A stretch of 64,000 nucleotides of DNA from contig NC_045696.1 in NCBI RefSeq assembly GCF_009834535.1, forward strand, positions 99,202,001 to 99,266,000, written 5' to 3'. This stretch comes from Camelus ferus. Taxonomy: Eukaryota. A model generated the notes under the pieces. It was given only the letters and a program-made list of their open reading frames with translations. It was not told the DNA's origin and did no database searches. A program made the translations under genes and the position numbers. This document shows, piece after piece, positions 28,991-39,199 of this stretch; the first letter of the stretch is position 1; every line of letters starts with the position of its first letter.

Positions 28991-31582
28991 CCCCTTTTGA
29001 CAAACAGGGCTGCCAGGAGTAGCAACTTTTTTTTTTAGCCAAAATTTTCCCTCTTCTCATGGAAAAACATTTTTGCCACGATTTCTTTTCCTTTTCGCAG
29101 TCATGCACATTCTCTCTCTCTTTATTCTTATCCCTCTCCCTCTCTCTCTTCCTCTCCATCTCTCTGTTTCTCTCCTTCTCTATCTTGTCCTTCTTCAAAC
29201 CTGCTCTTAGCTGAGCGATTAGCGAATTCGGGAGTCTCCGAGAACAGGAGGCGGGGATGGGGCTGGTAAACACAGCTAAGGCACTTCCAGAATGTCCCGA
29301 TTCAGCAACTTTCTTTTCTTTCTTTCCCCCTCTCCCCGCCTTGGAGGGCAGCAAAGGAGGCTTTTGTTATTTGCTCCTTTTGAAGTTCTCTTCCCTCTTG
29401 CTTCGTCCCCCTCCTGTTTATAATTTAAGATCTCGGGAGCACACAGGCACTCCACTCTCTCTTTACAAGAAATGTGATTTCTCAGGATAACTGTTTGCCT
29501 CGATTTTCTCACTTTTATCAAATCTATCAGGCTTCCTGCTCCCTCCTTCCTCCCCCTCCCCAAAATAAGCACAGGTGGATGGGAGCCCTAACTTTGCAGG
29601 TTGAGGGTTTTTGTTGTTGTTGCTGTTGTTAGCAAATTGAAAACATTGTTGCCGATTTTTCCTTTTTTCCTCTCTTGTGTTATTCTATTCTTTTCTCTCT
29701 TTCCCCTAGTCTCCCTTGTCTGCCCCCGCTAACCCCTCCCTCTGCACTCCTGTTCCCAACCCGGGCCCCTTTCATTCAGGTAAAACTGTAAATTTCCCAA
29801 CGCGCCATTGTTCTTCAGGACTGCCCAAAGCTCCCTAGAAATCCCCGAATACTTTTTTGGTATTTAAATCTCCGATAGATAGGACCAATGTAAATTTTGT
29901 GACATTCAAACCTTTTCTAGTTCACAAATCAGTCACCCTTGTCACAGTTATTGAAATTCCGCAACTCGCCACACCAGGACGGTGGAAAAAGCGGGCGCGG
30001 TCTTTGTTGCCGACCAGGCTTTTGATCGCCAGAGAAAATTTACTTACCTTCAGATGAGTGAGCAGAAAAAGAAATAACACTCCCTTTGATTTAGTTAGGA
30101 AAATGCAGACATTTGGATTCAGTGCAAACATACAACACTCGCTTGTTTTCGCGATGCGGCCCTCGATTAACCTGTCTTTGCCCAGCGCAAAGTCTATTCA
30201 ACAACTGCGCGTAGTTGCTTTTTGTCCCGTCCACAAAGAGCCATTGACTATATATTAAAATGATTGTTGAAAGGTAGAGGAGTATGGCACTTAAAAGCAG
30301 GGGGGAAAAATCCCTGTGACTCAATCAATTAAGGCGAGCAACATTTATGCATTTCAAAAAATGCACGCGGATGCGGGGGGTTGGGGGATGAAGGTTGCAT
30401 TTCTCCGCAGCTCTGTTTAAAACCCAACAGCCTGGGCCGAGGGTTTAGCTGAAGCGTCTGCATATTCATTAGGTCTAATTATTTTCTAGTAAGGAAAACA
30501 CAAAAAGCCAAGAGTCGGAATCCTTCAATTTGCCCTTTGTTTCTAACTTCATTTGGCTTCTTTGCAGCTGAATCAGAGCCCTAAACTCTTTTCCCAGACA
30601 AAGAGACCTCAACTCATCCTTTCACAGGCGGCCCCGTTAGGAAACTCACCAGTGCCCGGGCGAGAGGAAAATGAAAATGAGTATTTTTTGCCCGGTTTCC
30701 TGCTCAGGTTGCCCATGTTGGAGAAAGGCAGGGTCAGCGTCGGCCTCTCCTCTTTTCTGGTTTTCTGGGCTTTTCATCGACCAGATTCTTGCTTGGGGTT
30801 GACGAGCTGAGCTGCCCTTTCCCTGGGCTCTCCCTGCTCAAAACTAGACATCTGTAGCTGGGATGGTTTCCCGGTGTCTGACGGGACCTGGCCGAGCTTT
30901 GTGCTTGTTGTGCTGGGAAATAGAAATTTGAGAACGAAAAAAAAAATTCAAATATTCGGTCCCCAGCAACAAGTCTGAGTACAGCAGCCCCCGAATTCCC
31001 TGCCAACGTTGAGTGGAACAAGGATGGGGAATGGAGGCAAAGGGCTGGGGCTTGAGGAGTGGGTTTTTTAAGGAACTATTACACACTTTGTTCAAAAAAG
31101 ATATGTCAGAGCCACTCAGAGTCTTTTCTGCTGCCTACAAGGGGAATTTGGATCCTGCCTCCACTGCGGTTGTAAAATCCTATCTGCAAGGAGAAGTGTT
31201 CTCCAGAGGCTGTGCTGCTTTCACCAGGGGGAACAAATATTGAACCCACCTCGCCTGCCTTTCAAAAAAAATAAGGGAGGGGACCTGAGGGGAGAAGGGT
31301 AGCCATTGGGAGGGGGAGAGGGAAAATAATTCTTCAAAAAAGAAAAGTCAGTCCTCTCCTCTCCAGTCCGTGGAAAATCCAAGGGGGACGTTGAGAAGAG
31401 GGTATTTTTAGGAAACGCGTCCAAATATACAGGGTAAGAGTGAATGTGAGAAAAAAAAAAGTTGTGGGTTGTAGAAGTTATCAAGTGGGATTTGCGGCGC
31501 TCTCTGCAGGAAACGCAAGCGGCTCCAGTTCAAAGCCACATGCACCAACGTGACATATAAGCCATTAAAATATCATCCTGAC

Positions 31583-31763
31583 GGCTCATTTCTGCTTCAT
31601 CATACATTCCCTAACTGCTTCCCGAAAGCTGGAAAAAGAGAAATGAAAGATGACCGCCTCGCTGGAACCACAAAAGAGAGGCTTGGAGGGGTTTGTGGTC
31701 CCCCTTCAGCCACCCCAAAGTGATGTGCAGAAATGAGGCGATCCTGGCAACAGGTGGAGCGGG
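31583..31763 (+). other. ZIC4: ZIC4 probable non-coding first exon (5' UTR)
   Basis: TATA-like TATAAG at 31556-31561 about 27 nt upstream; strong donor GGG|GTAAGT (GT at 31764); divergent from ZIC1 by ~2.8 kb. TSS approximate. Confidence 0.6.
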
Positions 31764-34700
31764 GTAAGTGTGTGAGTCCAGGGGGCAGAGAGACTGGACC
31801 TGGACCCTCAGCAGCCAGGTAGGAAGCACCCTTATCGGGGCCATGGGCACCCAAACCCCTTTGGGGTAAGAGGCCCAGCTAGATTTTCTCCCTCACCTCC
31901 TCCCTCCTTAGCCCCCCAACCGTAGGGACAGGCCCCACCCCACTGACATTGAGGGGAGGAGGGGGCCCTTACGCCAAGGGGCAGCGCTGGGGATGAGTCC
32001 ATCCCTTCTTCCCAGAGGGGGTGGTGAAAGGGGGACGAATGGGGCTCCCACTGGCATGCGGACCAAGAGCAGCTTGTTGCCTGCTCGCCTTCTCTCCCCT
32101 CCCTGTAGATTGCCTAGGTGCCCACCTTTGGCACAAGAAGGGGAGTCGTGGCCCAGAGCTCCTCTCTCCCCGAGTGAGCCGGGCTCGCGTAGGGAGGGGG
32201 TCCCTGAAGGCAGCTTCTCCTCCCTGCCCCCACGGGCATGGCAGGGAAGGGCACGGCTTCTCCTCTCCAGGGTCAAAGGAGCCAAGTTAGCCCTCCTGGC
32301 AGCAAGATGACAGAGCTTCTCCACCCCAACCTGATGGGGGACGCCGGCTGGGTCCGCTACAGGGCTGGGATCCTCACCCTCAAGCAGTCTGGTCCTGCCT
32401 CAGGATGCTGACCGCTGGGATCCGCCCATTGCTCGCGGCCGGCCATGGGTTTGGGTCTTGGCTTTCTTTCTCCTGGATGCGATCGAAAGCTGCGACTAGC
32501 TCTCAAGGGAGAAGGCCGCAGCCACCTGGGATTCTGGGCACTACCCTAGAGGCACTGGAAATTAGGGGCAAGTGGGACGGGAACTGAATCAGGCTGTGAA
32601 AGAAAGCTAGAACTGCTTCAAAGGTTTAACCGGAAAGTTTGGGGTTGATGAGTGGTCCATGGGGAAAGCTGGGAGACAGCAAGTTCTTAGGAATGGCAAA
32701 GCGGCGTTGGAGGGGCTGTGAGTTGGTGTGCACCGTCTGCAGGAAACTCCCTTTGGATTCCAAGGTCATATTTCTACCCTCTTCCCAACAACACTGGCCT
32801 CAGAGCGACCCTGGACGGGGCACCGCGTTCCCTTCCTCTGTCTAGCCACGGGCTGGTTCCAAGGGACGGTTAAATGTCCAGGCTGTTCCTTCAAGTGACC
32901 CGCAAACACAGATTCTCTTCTGGGCAGACAGAGGTCGCCCAGTCTTCACCCCGAGCTGGAGGATCCCGGGCTCTTCCCTCTAGGGAACAGAAGAATGAGA
33001 AAAGGCTGTCTCACAACCCAGCCTCTCAGCCCAACTTTCTGGTGCTCGAGGGCCCACTGGAGGGGAGCCAGGTAGCTGCCGGGTACAGCTGGCGACTTCA
33101 GGCCACGGGCAGAGGCCAAGAGCCGGGTTTTGACTTTGGCCCGGGAGCTCCCAGGCAGCCTGCAGGGCCCCTGCTCTGCACCCGCCCCGCCAGCGGAGCT
33201 CTGGCCGAGAGGCGGGCATGACTTTGCCGGCGTGCCTGCGGGTTAATCAGGGTGGAGCAGCGGGGAAGGCTCAGGGACTGAAGTTGCTGGCTTGGGAAGC
33301 AGGCTGAAGACGACCTCTGACCTTGGTCAGGCCTGCGCCTGCTAGGGCGACCCCACAACGTGCAGCCTTGGTGTTCCCCCAAAGAAAAATGATGCCTTTT
33401 GCCTGTACACACCGGCCCACTGTCAGGGCTCTCCCCTAGCAGAATCAATTACTGAAGCTCATTGGCACTTTTCCTTTTCTCAAGGTGTAGGAAGGAAGGT
33501 GGATTCTAAGTCTCCAGGTTGTGCCCTTTGCTGGTGATTCAGTGCTCAGGGCTGGTGTGAGGAGACAAGTCAGGAGCAATCATTTGGGGAAAACCAAGCT
33601 GAGTGTTTTTGAGGTTTATATATATCTGGGTTGGTGGGGAACTCAGATCTAGGGGCCCAAGGACTGCTCCTAGATTTTTCCACTCATCCTTCAGCGAGAT
33701 GACTGGCTTGTTAAGTAGAGTCAGAATTTGAACCAAAGGAGGAGGTATTTACCTGGGTTCGGTGTACAGGCCAGTGATGGAGCTGCTACAGGAGTAGCTT
33801 AAGGTCGGTCCCAGTTGCCTGCCTGAAGTCCAGCCTCTGAAACGTTTGTTTGCATGTCTGTGGGTTTCTAATGCACAAAAGACTGCCAGGACCTTGGGGT
33901 AGAAATGACCCAGGCCTCTTAAGTGGAGGGCTCGGGGACAGCATTGCGGGTGGACAGAGTTCTCTAGGGAAACTCACACCCATTTCCCTCTGAAGCAAAA
34001 AAGTAAATTCTATTAGTTCCAACCAACCAGGACTTTTCCCCGTGCCAGACATCCTGCCATGAGGAAATTTTAGAGCAAGGACGCCCAGCATGCCGCCCTT
34101 CTGTAGGAATGCAAAGTTGGGCTTCCTTTCTTTCCTGATTTGTGCAGGAAGGAGCTTCTTACCTTTGGGAACAGATGCCTTTTGGTTAGAAAGAACTGAA
34201 AATAAATAAAACCCTCTGGGAAAAGGTGAGTCTAACCCCCTACCCCCACCCCCTCAGGCTTGGACCTCGAAAACAAGGGTGAGGGGAGGGTGAAAACACC
34301 CAAGCTAGTTCAAGTCCGGGTTCGGGGCTGAGGGAGGGAGAAAGAGATCTTTGAGCATAGAGAACTGGAAAGCCTTTGAGATAGCAGAGCCCCACTTGGA
34401 TTTGGCCTGTGGTTCAACAAGTTAAACAACCGCTTGTTCTGGGGGCTGGAGTGTCAAGACAGGCAGACGTCCTCATTGACAGAGAGCTTGCTGTGTTTGT
34501 CCAGCCTGAGACCTTTTCAATGACTGTTTGTCTTTCTAGGCCAAATGGAGGGTTGGGGCTGGGTGAATCGCCTCTGTCTGGCTACTCCACTGCCTTTCGC
34601 CTTGCCTGACGGATGCAGAAGTCCCCAGGATGGGTTTCAGGCTTTCAGGTGGCCAAAGATTGGGTAGCTCTATCCACAAAGTGAATCTGAAATGAGTGCA

Positions 34701-35406
34701 AATATTTGAGGGGGTGGAGGGTTATTTATTTCTGACTTTCTTAACTAAGAAATGTGGACAGCAGGATCAGATGATAGAAACGATCCCCCTCATCTGATCA
34801 ATTTTATAGTAACTTTGAAAAACCAACCAGGGATGCCTTGCAAATGGGTTAGGTGGTGGAAGCCATGTGAGGGTTAAGGATTCCACACCACCATGGCCAT
34901 AACAGGATCTACAATCTGCAGAGAAATCCCTCTCCTATCAGGACCAACACTCACAACTCAATTTTTAACCTGCTAAACTCCGAGAGGACACCCAGCCCTC
35001 CCTCTCACTAAACGTAGTTAACTTAAAGAAAATGTTGGGGGCTTCCCATACAATCAATTTAAATTCTGGAGTTAGAGATGTTTGAACACTGACTGAAAGG
35101 GTGCTTAACTCTACCTGCACGGGAGATTCACAAATGAGTTTTAGATAAAAATCTAGTTGGGAAATAATGATTTTTAATATTTTTTAATCACCAGGAATAC
35201 AGTTTTGCAGTAAATATGTGTACTTCCCAGCACAGTACTCTTTTGCCTCCAATCTTGTAAATAGTCAAAGAAACATAGAAAAGCTCTTCAGACCAACACT
35301 TTCTTTCCCTCAGACATTCAGGTGCTTCGGTCTTGCCATACAGACATGTAGGAAATTATTTAACTAGTGATTGTCTCTCTTTTCTTCCCAGACTCAAAGT
35401 CAGAAA

Positions 35407-35476
35407 ATGAGATACAAGACTTCTTTGGTGATGAGGAAACGAATACGCCTTTACCGAAACGCCCTGAAAGAGTCAA
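35407..35476 (+). CDS. ZIC4: ZIC4 first coding exon (exon 35392-35476; MRYKTSLVMRKRIRLYRNALKES)
   Basis: Acceptor ctcttttcttcccag|ACTCAAAGTCAGAAAATG; the peptide matches the eutherian ZIC4 N-terminus as I recall it; donor CAA|GTAAGT; 70 nt, phase 1, compatible with the next exon. Confidence 0.92.
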
Positions 35477-37969
35477 GTAAGTTAATATCCTCTTTCGACT
35501 ATTGGTTTGCTGAAGTTATTTTTTAAGTAGGAAGCTATCTTTGTATGTTTCTTTAATTGGTCTTTTGGTTATGTTGGTCATGAGTTTTGGGGTGTTTCTT
35601 GAGTTCCAATGAAACTGAGAACAACACCTTGGTGTTTGATGCATTTGCACACAAATCAGCGACACAACGTCCCACCAGCAGCCAGCTAATCCCCCTCAAT
35701 GCCTACTCATCTGGACGTTCTAGAATTAATATTTGACGACTCTCTCATTGAAACAACCACCCCTGACCTTCTGCAGTTCCACTGTCACATTATTCTATGA
35801 CATATTCATCTTGAATTCATTTCCGGACGATTTGATTGGAATGAGGTTTGACATGTATTGGCTTCCATGAAAGGAGCAGACTTTGATCTTGGTGATGGGG
35901 TTTACATGATATGCATCATCTTTACCAGGGACACCAGCCTTCTGCAATGTGGCAGCAACGATGTTCCCACAATGTGGTGTCTGAACGGGGAGTGACTGAC
36001 AGGCACTCTGTCAGGAATACCTTCGTTGTGAAGAATTTAATTTAATATTCCATTTAGAATAAGCATATGATTTAGGGTTGAGTGTTTTCCCTTTCAGGCA
36101 TCTAGTTTTCCTTATTTCAACTACACCACCAGCGGACGGTTGCCTCCAAGGTATTCCCTTGTTCTTAGAAAAAGCAACCTTCTGAACAAAAGTTAAATGG
36201 ACAACTCAGGAAATGAGTCTCCTCTCTTATTTTGGGATGATTTGATAGCAGAATTCTCAAGAGAGATGTGGTTATTATGTAAAGATGTTGTTCTGGAAGA
36301 TCCTTTAACCGTGTTTCCTAATCTTTTGTCAAAAGATGTTTTGCAGAACTGGTGCTTGGAAATTAAGTTTTATTCAAGCATATTGTCTTTCATACTCAGT
36401 TCCATTAATGGCAATTAAAGCCCAAATTTCCATAGTATAGGGGAGGAAGATATTCCTTTATCTCCAAAACTCTGATAGATCTCATCTCCTTTGTACAATT
36501 TGGGCACGGTCCTACAGTAAGCTCCTGGGATTTAAGTTGTCTACCCCCACCCCGCACCCCATAAGACTAGGGACAACCTCTCACCGGAATCTTGAAGTCT
36601 GTCTGTGAATAGACTATGAAGACACTTGCCTCTTGTTTTGGTGTTACACTGGCCAGAAACAGGAAAGAAAGGATTGAACAAGTGACTACAGACCTAGGTA
36701 TAGAACATTCAAGTAACAAGTCTTGTGCTTGGTCAGGCTCTGTACAGTGGCCCTCGGCTCCTGAGATCCTGCTCGGAGTATAACCCATGACAGATAATCA
36801 TCATTTAACATTGTTTAAAAGATCAAAGTGGAAAAATAGGCCAACTATTGATCTAAAATCTCCCCCACTTCTTTTTCTCTACAAAGAAGAGAAGTTAAGA
36901 CATTCTCCCATTTGAGGCAGTGATGTGAGGAGCTCTGGAAGATGGTAGGGCCACCAAATGTCATATGTCTATATAGCAGGACTAGAAAATCACTTTAGTT
37001 TACGATACAGCTTTGTCATGGCTGGGGTAAACAAGGGTTCTTAAGGCATGATTCTGGGCATGGGAAGGATGTTTGGACTCTGGGGGTGGAACTTGCTCTA
37101 AACAGGCCCCCTTGAAAACCTCGAGTGCTCCTTTGACCTCTGCTGAAGATCTGCGGGCTGCAGGATGTCTCTTTTTTTCCCCACAAATCAAGCAGAAAGG
37201 TAAACTCAACAACGCTATACCCCCCAGCATAGTTAGGAATAGAATGCTTCAGTCAAGCATTTGGTATTCAGTGTGGTGAGAGAAATTTCTGGAGGAAAAA
37301 TTCAGAGCACAACTGAGGGACACTACTACTCGTCCTGCTCAAGAATAGTCAATAAAACCTGGAATCCTTGCTACCTGAGCCCTGGAAGGAATGGCCCTGA
37401 AAAGTAAAATATTCCTCCCTGACATTGGTGCCCCACCTGCAGTTTGTGTTTAGGTAAATACTGCTTTGGGGCTTATTTCAGAGATATTTCTTGAAGACCC
37501 TGATGGCATCATCCAAAGTACCCCGTCTATAAATATTAATGAGTGAAATGGCTTTTTTTCTCCCTATCTCTGTCCTAGGGAAATGTCCCTCAGGACATTG
37601 GTCCCATTGCTCTGTTTAGCCAAACAAGGCGTAAACCATGTGGCTCCAAGGAACTTGCAAAGATCAGGCAATCTTAGTGACCTTAGGTTGACTGACCCCT
37701 AACTACTCAAGAGGCATCTATCCAGGATGGGTCCAGATGTTTTCAGTGCTTCAAGAGAAGGCTGCATCTGGGAAGGAACTCCCTGGGGCCAGGTTACGGT
37801 CGGTGAATTTGGCTGAGTCAGATGTATCTGCCCTTTCACTGTTGGCACAAAAAGCCATGCACATTTTCAAAGCTTTTCAAGGGTAAATTTATTATGAGAA
37901 AGTGTGTTGTGTAGAAACAATCTATATATATATAAAGCCTCTACTTCTTATCCCTGGAGTCTATGGAAT

Positions 37970-38130
37970 CAGTGCTTAGAATTCAGGAGGTCCACAAGTT
38001 GGGATGGGAAAAAAATTGCATCTTAGTTTTCATCCTATGGCTGTGAGTAGCAAACACAGGATTATTAAAGTTCACTAGCTTCATCAAGCTTTCAAAAGGG
38101 CCCATAGCATAAACAACTTAACTATCCCTG
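37970..38130 (+). mobile_element. MER113-like hAT-Charlie deletion derivative in ZIC4 intron 2
   Basis: ggtccacaagttgggatgggaaaaaaattgcatcttagttttca and agcttcatcaagctttcaaaagggcccatagcat...atccctg resemble the two ends of MER113. Confidence 0.5.
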
Positions 38131-39199
38131 TTCTGTACTGTTGTTCAAAGCTTTAGATGCAGATGTGGTCATAGTGTATATACTAAGTGATCCATTTTTG
38201 TGCAAATCAGAGTTTTAATGGAAGCCAAAGTAGATGGCGAGTTTGACAAACATCCTGAACAGCAGATTGTAGATCACCTTCTTTCAGATGGGAAAGAAAA
38301 TATTTTAATTGCTGGACTGCAGCAGAAGTGCCCCAGCACTAAGGCCTGAATGCTCCAGAAGGAGTTGACTAAGTTCTGTGTTGAGGAATGGCTAGGGGAA
38401 ACAAATGACTGGGCAAGGAGTTTCAGAGAGAGACACACTGGTTTGGTTTTGGGTTTTGGTTTTTGTTGTTTTCAGAGCCCTTCACGGGTTTGCCTAGACA
38501 TTTTCGCTGTGGGAAGCCTTGATACCACTCACTAAGAAGTGGGAACACCTGCAAACAGGACCTGGCCAGTGCTTTGAGGAAGGGAAAACAGGGTGGGGAA
38601 ACAGAGAGGAGGCACCTGTGAGCAGAGGGGCTAAATCCCAGAAAGTGAGAGTGTGAAGCCAGGAAAGGAGACAAATCTTCAAAGTGTAGCATCAACACTG
38701 CTGTGTGTAAGTCTCCTTGGTTTCCAGAGTAGAAGAGGTTCGGCTGTCAAATGCTCTCCTTCAACTTTTTTTTTTCAGTGCTAACGCAGCATCTATTGGT
38801 AGTTTGCTTAAGCTCTTCCGGCTGGAGGAGCAGAAAGACCTGGACTTGTCAAAGCCGAGGGAAATTGTGGAAGTTAATCCCCTGCTAAAATGCAGCCCTG
38901 AGTGGGGAACAATGCATTAAATGAAGGTCTCAAAGAATCTGCCAACTATTATAAATAAGTTAATTATTTTAAAAAAATTAAAAGAAACCCGTATTTACTG
39001 ACCAGGAAATGTTTAAGAATAGTCCTTGGTGCTGGGGATGGGTGGGGCAGCTCAATCAAGGAGTTCTTGTAATCCGTCCAAACTTCTCACCTCTGCTAGG
39101 GGAACGGGGTCTTTCACTCAACCCTTAAAAATCCAAGCCTTTCACTGCTTTGAGGGAGCTTTCTATGGCCGCAGGGAGGCCCAAGTACTTACGCTGGCA

